64,000 nucleotides of DNA from positions 6,497,079 through 6,561,078 of the forward strand of contig OZ316898.1 in assembly GCA_973895155.1 (NCBI GenBank), in the 5' to 3' direction. The notes below the pieces were generated by a model. The model was given only the letters and a program-made list of their open reading frames with translations, did no database searches and had not been told where the DNA came from. The DNA is from Marsupella aquatica (Eukaryota; Plantae; Marchantiophyta). Below are positions 53,246 through 63,930 of this stretch, piece by piece. Every line of letters begins with the position of its first letter. Within the stretch, counting starts at the first letter, position 1. The position numbers and the translations under genes are program-made.

Positions 53246-53911
53246 TATAAAGTGAGGAGGTCTCCTCACTTTCTCTCATTACTAACTTTTCAACTAAAGT
53301 TTGCTTGTTTTGTAGGAGAGACCTTTGGTAAGTTTTTCTTGCTTTTGCTTATGTTTTGCTTAGTTTTGAGTTTAGTTTACTAGTTTTTGAATTGTTTTGA
53401 GTCTTTTTTTTGCTATGCTTTGCCATGTATGACTTTAACATTTAGTTTTAATTTGGAGGGATATTAGTGTTCTCACGTATGCGCATGCTTGGAGCTTATG
53501 CTTGGCATGTGGTATTTCGTATGAGAAAACCTAATATTGCCTTAACAGTTTAGTGTGATTTGTGAATTGAGTGGAGTATTTTCTAGGATAGAGATTTTCA
53601 TGTACGCATGCTTGGAGTTTCCGCTCGGCATGTGGTACTCTGCATGGATATCTCGATTTCCACAACATGACATCTAAACTATAGGTTTCACATAGATTGG
53701 AATAGGAATGTAACAACTTGAAGGAAAAGACATCTTTTGTGCGCATGCTTGGAGTTTCGGCTTGGCATGTGGTATTTCACATAGTTGTCTTTCCCCTTCA
53801 TCGTTGTTACTTTCAAAGTACTAAACAAACGAATAAAAAATTGAAAAAATATTAAAATTTCATTGTTTGGGTATTATTGGTACCAACACAAAGTGTGAAA
53901 TGACATTTCAG
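53246..53911 (+). promoter_or_regulatory. Putative cargo promoter and 5' UTR intron: TATAAA at 53246, donor G|GTAAGT at 53328, acceptor TTTCAG| at 53911
   Basis: The TATA box lies immediately after the GC-rich array. Consensus splice sites flank a T-rich 584-bp stretch upstream of ATG 54025. Confidence 0.5.
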
Positions 53912-54024
53912 GATTGTTGATCCAGCTTTATTGTACTTGCATCATCCATACCCTCGGCAAGCAGCCAACACACTCCGTAAGCGCCTATTCTTTGTCCTAC
54001 AACTTGTTGTGGTTACTTGAGAAC

Positions 54025-55683
54025 ATGGCCGCTGCAAATGTGAGTGTAGAGTATATGAAACTTTTTGAGGCAATGAAGACCATGCTAAACGAGGAATATC
54101 AACCAGATCCTCATGCCCTCAATGCTCTACGGAATGCTCACAAAACCTTAGAAATTTGTAAACATGGCAAAACCTTAGGGAAACGGAAACATAGAGGAGG
54201 AGCAATTGGTGCTGCATTGAAACAGAGAAGGCAACATGTGTTAGTTGCGATTTGGAAAAAGATTCTATATCCCTACACTTTGCCAGCACAGTATGAGCAG
54301 GATGGCTTTGAGAGGAAGTATGCTATGCATGGAGCAGAGGGTTACAAAAATCTTTTAAATGACATGGGACGTTGCATGCATGAGACTGTGGAGAAAGAAG
54401 AGGACATGACCCGAGATGAAATTGCTGCCTTAATAGGTGATTTTGAGAAGCCGGGTGGATTTGTTGAACATTTGGCGTTGAACTTTGCGGTAAATCTTTG
54501 GGACAAGTTGGAATCCAATTTGGATGAGGCTGGGGTCGTCATGCTTGGAGTTCCTGGGCTATACACACATAGAAGAGATTTGCTAGCTAAATGGAGCAAA
54601 GAGTTAGCAATGGCCAAATCGGAGAGTAATGTCAAATATGCGAGCAAGGTCGTGCAGTTTGGAGAGATTGGCGTGGAGGTTGCAGATAGAGGAACGCGTC
54701 CATCACGAGTTGTTCCCATGGTCAGGAGTATTCATTTCTTGAGGAGGGAGCAAGTATCGAATTTGCATCGCATTGGAAGCGGCATCCAAGGACATGTGTT
54801 CATATGTCATATATTGGATTGTCCATTGATTCCTCGAAATGCAACACTGGTTGCAAAACGATTTAAGGATGGAGACCGACACAAGAGACGAACAGATGCC
54901 TTACAAGAAGTGCTCATGAGAGGTTTGAATCACAAAGGAATAATTGGGGCCTTGGCAATGACTATCGAAGATCCACCGAAACTTATCTATGACCATTACA
55001 ATGGAGAAGACTTGGGAAGCTTCATAGATAAGTGTGGGAAATGGAGTAAGAGCAAAGGGAAGACACAATCCACTTCTGAGGTTGATATGACATTCATATC
55101 CAAAAAGAAACTCTTTTTGGAACATCGTTTGGGGATTGCTATGGCTCTATTGGAGACCTTGCAATATTTGCATGCACACGACCGTTTCCATTGTGATCTT
55201 CATTTTGGGAACATCCTTCTTCACTTTGATCACGAGGATGATTTGGCAATTAGAGTTTATGTAGGAATATGTGATTTTGGGTTGTCCAAACACAAGTCAC
55301 AATGCACATTACCACAAAATCGAATGTGGCCCACCCCTATAGAGAAAGCAGTTGCGTATCAAAAACAATATCCACAATTGGCGCCTGAGCTAGTTCGTTC
55401 CGATCCAGCAGAGTACAGTCAAGCAACTGACATATATGCTTTGGGCAATATCTTTGAGACATTACTCACAGAAAATTGGGATGGAATGACCCCAATGACA
55501 TGATTTTTGAATAGGGGTTGGAATGCTAAAGAGCATGGCCCTAAATTGGATATTATCATACGTGACATGATGGCCATTGATGTCAAGAAAAGAATGGATT
55601 GTGTTCATTGGAGTTTGAGAATGATGAGGACATTCCAAGATTGTAGATTAGTTCAGCACAATAGTCCTTATCTAAGAGATTAG
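54025..55683 (+). pseudogene. Transposon-borne protein kinase (ePK fold) with an unknown N-terminal domain of about 245 aa; one premature TGA at 55501
   Basis: G-loop IGSGIQG, LVAKRF, helix-C Glu (ALQEV), HCDLHFGNIL, DFG, APE, DIYALG. After TGA 55501-55503 the frame continues with subdomain-XI-like LDIIIRDMMAIDVKKRMD to TAG 55681-55683. Confidence 0.88.
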
Positions 55684-55856
55684 AGATTTCATAGTTTTAT
55701 CGTGAATGACAATGATAGATGTCATGAACTATTATCTATTTAATCATGTCATATGAATTAAATGTATTACTCATTTTGCTTCATTGTATTTTGTTATCAA
55801 TTTTATCTTGAAGGGTGTATGGTGAATGAATGCTAAAAATGTTTTTGTTATTGTAG

Positions 55857-57785
55857 AATCTGCAAGGATGGGATTTGGAATCCGACGAGGAGGAAAAACC
55901 TAAAAAGATTCCATATTTATATTTGCAACCTGCTCAGGATTTACACCTTTGGTCTCAGGATCAATACACTGAAGAATATTCTCAACCCATAGACGAGGAC
56001 ATTGGAATGAGTAGCAATCATGCAGGGCAAAGCATAACCAAAATGAATGAGGACACCAAGGATGTTAAATGGAATATCACAATGCCAAATGTGAAACCTC
56101 CTCACAATGAATGGCTCATCAACGCCAAAGAATTGGAGATATTGATGCCACGTGTGGAGTTCCAAAAATGGATGAAAATCATTTTTGATGATGAAAATTT
56201 ATGGGCCACAAGGTCTTGGATGCAAGAGAAGTACACAATGTCCAAGGTAACACATGTGGAAATTGGCAAGCATTGGTAGCAAAGATTTCAAGAGTATGCT
56301 CCAAAGAAAGCGCAAGGCAAAAAAAGCTCGGTTTATCCTCCTTTTCTCCGACTCCTAATTGCTGAATTTATTCTCAAGTGGAAGGTGGATTACCGTTGGG
56401 AAACAGAAGAGGGCAAGATGATTCACTCTGTACATCAGTCTGTCCTGGACATTGCAGGTTTCAAGAACAACAAAAATACTACAAAAGATATATCGAGTCA
56501 AGCAACCAACAAAGGGTCAAAAAAAAAGATACATGATGTGCAAGACATTCATGCACATCAGAAAGATAAGCTGACTGCACTAGAACGACTCTTCACTAAA
56601 TCTGAAAGTTTCAGCGCACCAAAACATGTGGACAAAACATCAAACATTGCAGCATCTACAAGTAACAATTTACCAGGAAAATTCACTGATGTTTTGGATC
56701 CAAAGAAAGAATCATTGAGCATGGAGATTGTGTGCAAAAGTTTGAGCACAGAGATTGGTCATTTGATCGAGAATAATCTCCGCACAAAGTTTTGTCTTGA
56801 CCTTTGTGAAGCTGGCAGCATTGACTACTACAAGTCAAAGTTGCAAGATAATATTTTGAAGATGAAAGCAATGGAAAAAATGCCCATTCAAAGTGTGACT
56901 ACTTCGGAGGTGAAGGAATACAAGGTGCAACTGTATGACAAGATGGAGGAGATCGCAAAGCTCAACAAACAACTTGCCCAAAAGGATGGTCAATGTAGTC
57001 AAATGAAACAAGTTCAAGAGGCAGATAGAGTCATTGAGGATTTGAAGAATCAGGTTGCATCACAAGAGGTGATCATAAGCAATCTGCAAGAGGAGATCGA
57101 GCAAATGAACACTGCTGAGGTGGATGGGCAGTCAGACAAGGAAAAATCAAGATGCAAGAACCACAATTATATGAACTTGCAAATGATTGATCCTACGGGA
57201 GAATCTCATTTTTTTCCGGATGTGGAGGAGGATCCAGAAGATGTAGAGAAATTTTTTGACAAGTGGAAGACCGATGAAAGTATGGCCCAATTTGTTCGAG
57301 AAAAGGATGGAAGATGTACTTGGTGCTTGTATCCATGGGGTCCTGAATCTGTTTCCATTTTGGGAACATGCGGTCACTTATGGCATCATGCTTGCTTGTT
57401 TCGGTGGATGAAGAAGAGCCGAAAATGTTGGTGTCGAAAACCATTTCATGAACGAGAGTATGAGCAACGAGGTTTGTTGAAACAAATGCCACCAATGGAG
57501 ACACAGCAAGACACTGAAGACATGACTCAAGAGAGTATTGCAATGGCACAGATCGATTCAAGGCCCATTGACAACTTCACAGTTAATGAATACAACTTGT
57601 CAGATGGTGACTTTGACAATTTGCTATTCAATGGTAGATTCCAACAGTGGAAGGAATATGCCATGGCCAATCGACCAACAATAGATGAGCAAAACATGCA
57701 ACGATCTATTCGTCGCCATCGTCGTCGTCAGCAACTGGCAGAGGTGAAAGCAGAAGCGCAAGACAATGACAACCCAAATGAGTAG
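55857..57785 (+). pseudogene. Transposon-borne coiled-coil + RING-H2-like protein; one premature TAG at 56277
   Basis: ORFs 55875-56279 and 56385-57785 are in the same frame and separated by a single TAG. Heptad-rich segment (YKVQLYDKMEEIAKLNKQLAQ...IEDLKNQV...LQEEIEQM) followed by C-x2-C-x14-C-x-H-x2-H-x2-C-x10-C-x-C at 57315-57434. Confidence 0.82.
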
Positions 57786-57897
57786 ATTGCACACACAATG
57801 TTTAGTATAACATATTTTATTGCATAGGACATGCACAATCCGGCATAGTATATCATAGTTTGTCGTATAGTACTAGCATGTAATACCTAAACAGATA

Positions 57898-60800
57898 TCA
57901 AGGTTGTGACGAAAAGTGTCTTGTGTTATTGTTCTCATTTTCTTGCAAGTGTCGATCAAATTGAAATTGTCTTGTCATCCATTGGATCGGATCTGCGCTA
58001 TGATATTCTTGAAATGCCCCAACACGGGCATGTATGCTTGATGTGTATGGATTTGTCATGTTCTGTCTTTCATACATATTTTGTGTTGGAGAAGCATGTT
58101 GTCCCCACTGTGCATCATCAGGTTGCGCAAACAAAGTTGATGTTGTTCTCTCAGGACAGAGCTCCGATGCAGCACCTCGTTGTTGAAATAAGTACGAAGT
58201 ACTTGCTTGGACATCATTTTGTAGATTCAATGTTGGGTATGTGAATGATGGGTTTGGTTGGGAAGGCACTACAAAGTTTGCATCAAATGAGTAGTCCTCG
58301 TCATCCTGAATTTGAGACTCATCGATTGTAGGGAACATCATTAAATCCATTTCATCTTCCCATTCTCCGACATCACTTATTTCAGTATCTGGTGGAATAC
58401 GAGTCAACATGTCACTATGAGTGTGTAATGATAATCCTTGCAAAGCCTCATCTGCGTCATCAATTGTATCAAAATCCTCCACATCATCCTCTCCAAGAGC
58501 CGCACATGTAACACCATGTTGTTCAGTGTGACATTCTTCTATGGAAGTAGGCCTCGGGCCATCATTTGTTGCTGTTCTTTCATCATATCGTCTATACATA
58601 GACGTATGAGGATTTCTCACCTTCGTGAGCCCTTTTTGCACCCTCGAATTTGTGAATACAAAAACCAAGTCTTTTGCTCGATCATTGGTCAACCTATTAC
58701 GGCTTTTTGAATGGATATAGCCGTACGAACTCCAATTTCATTTGCATGAAGATGCACACATTTGTTGATGCATGATTCTTCTCGCCATCAATCTTAGCTC
58801 CGCGTAATCAGCTCCATACAAATGCCACCACTCTCCTGGACTTAATTTCCCAATATTCGATTGTGCTCCTCTAATTGCAACCGATGAATTTGGCAATTTT
58901 TTTTAGCCTCAAATGCCTGCATTTGGATGTCAGAAATAAGTGTCGTCACATCTCGATCATGGTTGATTCCTGCCTTCACCTTGTGTTCTGCATATCTATG
59001 AACGTAATCATTGAAGCCTCTATACAGTTCTGCATCTCCTGCCACATCTTCATCTTCATCGAAGAAAAATTGAGGATTCAGATATGCTGCTGCTAACATG
59101 AAATCAGTAGTAAGTGATTTTCGTTGATCCATATACACTTTCATTATCTTTGGTTTTAAGTAATCTGTTACTAATGTACAACCCTCCATGCTCGCCTCCA
59201 GTTTAGCTATTCCTTTTTTCAAGCTCCAATATAGCCAAGGAGACTGTGGTGAAACTCCATCGAATTCTCGCAACATCTTCACCAACGGCAGAAAAAAAGC
59301 AACTGTAGATTTTACTTGAGCCCAAAATGTATCTTGTTGTATCCACGATTTAAGTTCGTCTGCCTTTCCCCTCGTCATATGCCCCTGTGACTTTGGTCGA
59401 ACTGGCAGGCGATCACGATTGGATTGCCACTTATCATAAATGACCATTTGTTGTAAAGCTCCTCTTAGCTCCAATGCTCTCTGCGCCATTAAAAAATTTG
59501 TTGCAAATCTCGTTGCATTTGGATTTAACAACTTCCTGTCACCAGATTTCCTCACAAATATTGCAGACAACTTTTGTGATGATGTAACTGCTTTAACTAT
59601 CCATCTCAAGTGCTTAAAAATCATTTTGAATGGATTTTTTTTCCGCTCATCTAGCACAACATTCTTGTGGCCACACATGTCTTCTAGCAACAAATTAAAA
59701 ACGTGGGCAGCACACCAACTCCATGTCACATGCAGATATTTTTTCATGACTATCTCTTCACCTGCTACACGATTTGCAGGCGCCCCATCGGTAACAATTT
59801 GTATGATGTGATCGGCGCCAATGTCATCTATGTATTTTAACCACATGTCACCAAGATACTTCCCATCTTTCTTGTCGGCTTGTGCAGCGTTCCAACTATC
59901 CAAAAAGAAATCTCCTTTTGAACTCAACAACATGACATTCATCAAAGGTTCCCTTCGGATATTTTCCCATCCATCGGATGAAAGGGAATATCCAAAAGGT
60001 TTTGCCTCCTTCATTGTTTTTGTCATGTCCTTTGTAAGATCAACTCTAGCCTCCTCCAATAATTTCATTCTCAAATTTTTCATACTCGGAAGAGAATATC
60101 CATTTACAATCCCTTTCAAGGTTTCTGTGACTGCTTCACGGAAGAAACACCAAGATACTTCCCATCTTTCTTGTCGGCTTGTGCAGCGTTCCAACTATCC
60201 AAAAAGAAATCTCCTTTTGAACTCAACAACATGACATTCATCAAAGGTTCCCTTCGGATATTTTCCCATCCATCGGATGAAAGGGAATATCCAAAAGGTT
60301 TTGCCTCCTTCATTGTTTTTGTCATGTCCTTTGTAAGATCAACTCTAGCCTCCTCCAATAATTTCATTCTCAAATTTTGCATACCCGGAAGAGAATATCC
60401 ATTTACAATCCCTTTCAAGGTTTCTGTGACTGCTTCACGGAAGAAAGGATTCTCCGACACATTGAACGGAATACCACTTGAATAAAAAGCTTTGGCCCAC
60501 AGCTTATCCAAATGAGCTCTATTTGGAATTTGATAAACATCCATGATTGGGTTTGCAAAATTTGATGCTCTACTTCGATGACTCATATTTCCATCCTCAT
60601 CGAGGTCAACAAAATTTGAGTCTCGAATTGATGCTTGCGAATTGGAAGATGGGTTATATGACCTACGACCTCTCATGGATAACAAAACATGACTTCCATC
60701 ACTTCGTTTGTACTTTATGGATGGGTCAACCTTTATGACATTGTACATTCTATTGATGTCATCTAAGTCAACAACTCCATACAAGCCTGTGCAAGGTGGC

Positions 60801-61054
60801 GCATCTCCTTTGTGTATGTTTCCCATCAAATGTGCTTTTGCTCGTGTTGCATGACGCGTTGTATATTTCTTACAAAATTTGCATCTTCGATATATACGAT
60901 TAATATCATTACACGCTGATGGCGTATCACATCGTTCAAAATATTTCCACACTGGGGAAAATTTTGCACTACGATCTCGATTGTGATTTCCACTGTGCCT
61001 AACAGGAGTAGAATGAGCTGATGAGTTGCCCGACTCATCTTCTTCGGAAGACAT
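57898..61054 (-). pseudogene. hAT transposase (BED finger, DUF659-type RNase H-like core, C-terminal dimerisation domain), disrupted
   Basis: SPVWKYF...CKFCKK...AKAHL; AFYSSGIPFNVSENPFF; SLSSDGWENIRREPLMN; QIVTDGAPAN; CAAHVFNLLLEDM; NATRFATNF; AAYLNPQF; PGEWWHLYG; CASSCK*NWSSY...RNRLTNDRAKDLVFV. Removing the 299-bp duplication and adding 1 nt at the T8 run (58897-58904) gives one 953-codon frame with a single internal stop (58738-58740). Confidence 0.95.
59849..60446. repeat. Tandem duplication 2 x 299 bp inside the transposase (frameshifting)
   Basis: Units start at 59849 and 60148. Two substitutions seen (LPSMKN vs LPGMQN). Confidence 0.95.
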
Positions 61055-61714
61055 GATCGAAAACAAGAACTTTACACACAAAGTGTCTTTTTATACGTCA
61101 CTAAACATAGTCACTTAATAAAAATTGAATGATTATTTGTTAGTCTTTTGAAATAACAACAATAAAACGAGAAAAAAAAACTACTGTGAAATATCACACG
61201 TCGAGTCAAACTCCAAACATGCGCACAGCGGTTCTCTTTTGTTTTCTGGTTGTTAACATTCCTATCTGACGTATGTGATATCTATAATTTAATGAGCATT
61301 TGTCGATATAGTGAAAACATATGAGACAATTAGTGATAATCATGTAAAATATCACATGTCAAGCTTTAGCTCCAAACATGCGTACATGAATGTCAACATT
61401 GTCGAAATTTGTTTCACGATACCCACAAGTACCACTAAATTGTTAAGGGATAAGAAGAAAATTATTATGTGGATTACCACATGCCGAGTAAAACCTCCAA
61501 GCACGCGCGCACAAAAGTCTTTTCTATCTCTTTACATAGAGTGCTCTACTTTTAGTGAAGTGTGTCTAATGAGAAAAAACTCAAAGTTTTATACAATTTA
61601 GAATGAAAAAATGTTCTATATTTAGCGGGGTTGAAATACTAGATAGGCGAGAAATCGTCACAACCCCAAATTAGCAGATATGGCTTATCTCAATTGAGTT
61701 TATCCATAACTCTA

Positions 61715-62370
61715 AAACCCGGGCTTATCTTCCCTTAACCCAGGCCGGGCCTCCCTCCTCCCTGCTCCAACCCCTCCCTTCACCCGGGCCGGGCCTCCCT
61801 CCTCCCCCCCCCCCCGGGCCTCCCTCCACCCTGGCCGGGCCTCCTTCCCCCCCCCACCCGGGCCTCCCTCCACCCGGGCCGGCCCTCTTTCCTCCCCCCA
61901 CCCGGCCCTCGTCCGCCCCCTCCCCGGGCCCCCCTCCACCGGGCCGGGCCTCCCTCCTCCCTGCTCCCACCCCTCCCTTCACCCGGGCCGGGCCTCCCCC
62001 CACTCGGGCCTCCTCCCCCCCGGGCCTCCCTCCACCCGGGCCGGCCTTCCTCCCTCCCCCCACCCGGGCCTCGTCCTCCTCCCCACCCGGTCTCCTCCCC
62101 CCCCACCCGGGCCCCCCTCCACCAGGGCCGGGCCTCCTCCCTCCCCCGCCCCCCCCCCCACCCGGGCCCCCCTCCACCCGGGCCGGGCCTCCTCCCTCCC
62201 CCCACCCGGGCCTTCCTTCACCCGGGCCGGGCCGGGATGTAAAGCCGGGGCGTAAAGCTGGGGCCGGGGCCGGGGCCGGGTGACAAGAGGTAGGGGGGGG
62301 CCGGGCCGGGTCCGGGAAGAGGCCGGGAGGAGTTCGGGCCGGGCCGGGAGAAGTTCGGGCCGAGCCGGGG
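61715..62370. repeat. Right subterminal GC-rich array (CCCGGGCCGGGCCTCCCTCC units, switching to G-rich at about 62225)
   Basis: Dense repeats of CACCCGGGCC(GGG)CCTCC. The strand skew mirrors the left array. Confidence 0.9.
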
Positions 62371-63519
62371 AATAATGACGAATATGCGTCAAATGAGAAC
62401 ATTTCAGGCCGGCAAATGCCGAGTTTACGTGCCCGGCAACTCGGCAAGTTGCCCGTCACATCAAACCGGGAACGCAACCTTCTGTTAATTCCAGTTTTGC
62501 CATGCCCGTTTATGTGACTCTGATCGAGATGGGACGATCGGTGCTGTCCTTGCAGTTTGGGGCTGGGTGGGGGCTGCTGCTGCACACCTCAAACCCACCA
62601 GTTCTGGCTTGGGGGAGGCACCTTCTGGTGAGCCTGGAGCTCGGGTTTGAAATTGGCACAGGCTGGTGGGGGTCAAAAAAGATCAACGGCAAGCACCTCT
62701 TGCTAAGGACATTGTCGTGCAAACATTCCCCTGGACGGTTGGGGATGCTCTTACTGTATATACAATCCAGCCCAAATCGGTCGAACAGTTAACAGAATCT
62801 TTCTTGGGCTGTAGTATGCAATCCCACCCAAATTAGGCCATGATCGATCACATACAACCCAGGTTTTGGACCGAACTTACACTGATGTAAGGGCAGTCCC
62901 AACAAGGCCAGGGCAGAAGGGAACCCTCCTTTGCTATTTTGATACAAAGCATCATTTGCACGTTTTGATTCCTCTTCCCATTTTCCCTGTCACCCTAGAC
63001 TCTCACGGGGGACACTTCAATTCATCAACCGTCTCCTCCGTCAACCCCCAGCCATTTTCGCCTCACATCCTTTCTACCTCTCTGTCCAGATGAACAGACA
63101 ACACCATTGTCTATCTAAAGCCCTTCCCTTGCTCGGGAAATGTTGGATTAAACTAATTGTTTTCCTGGCCAGTTGTGAATTTCGAATGCAGAAAACACTG
63201 TCCAGGCTGTGCTGGGGATTATGGAAAATACAGCAAACATACGAACAGCAAGTTCACACTGTCCTTTTAAGTCAAAGTAAACCTTGTTTCGACTCTTCTA
63301 CGCGCACCTCGCTGCTTTGCAAACAAATGTGCTTTGTACCTACCGGACCTAATGCTCTCTCACAGTCAGGTCATTATCGGGATAACTCAAGATGGGGGTC
63401 ATTGTAAGCCATGTCTTGATTAAAGAAAACCAGCTGCCTTTGATTGACATGATTTAGACTGACAGTGACAAGCAACAAGACCGCGAACTTTTGGAGTTGA
63501 ACTCAATCTTGTTGGATTG

Positions 63520-63930
63520 TCACTCACTTCTTTTGTCCACAAGTGCATACAGATCGCCTCTTCTTTGGCTGTCCAATGGCATGTTCAACCTGCAGATAGC
63601 ACAATGCATGGAAGGATTAGCTATTTTAGGCGCCAAACATCACCATTTAGCAAGACCGCGCGAGGACTACAGAATGACGACAAATCCTCCATAATTGAAA
63701 CTCCTATCGCGCATAAGCTCAGGATAAAGCAGGTCTACAAAGAAATTGCGTTTCTTCAACAGAAGACTTGCCTGCCATGGTTAGATATTTACGAAACAAA
63801 GTACAACCTTGTTGCTGAGCGCTTCAGGCAGGGAAGTTAATACAAACCTTCTTTTACTAATTTGCGAGTAATCAATCTCGCCAAATATGGTGGCTTCTTT
63901 GTCCTCTGTTGTTGCCACAATCTCTCCAAA
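63520..63930 (-). CDS. Omega-amidase (NIT2/NLP3-like, nitrilase superfamily), last two exons 63930..63848 and 63589..63520; gene continues beyond the window
   Basis: Translation FGEIVATTEDKEATIFGEIDYSQISKR|RLNMPLDSQRRGDLYALVDKRSE* matches the plant omega-amidase C-terminus. GT-AG, phase-2 intron. Confidence 0.85.

Larger units (their letters stand above)
52618..62470 (-). mobile_element. Full-length cargo-carrying hAT DNA transposon, 9,853 bp
   Basis: Perfect 8-bp TSD AACGCAAC (52610-52617 and 62471-62478). TIR core CCCGGTTTG / CAAACCGGG, with imperfect extension to about 22 bp ending GGCAA. GC-rich subterminal arrays at both ends and a hAT transposase inside. Confidence 0.95.

Noticed and set aside
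53914-57785. Cargo interpreted as an endogenous viral insert or a separately nested TE
   Set aside because: No capsid, polymerase, integrase or second TSD/TIR was seen, and the cargo's upstream region is the inverted homolog of the transposase's upstream region. A viral or foreign origin of the genes themselves is not excluded.
61712-62585. Gly/Arg/Pro-rich ORFs up to 286 aa, and similar ORFs at 52497-53269 and 32071-32475
   Set aside because: Artefacts of stop-poor GC-rich subterminal repeats. Open in several frames, and some cross the element boundary.
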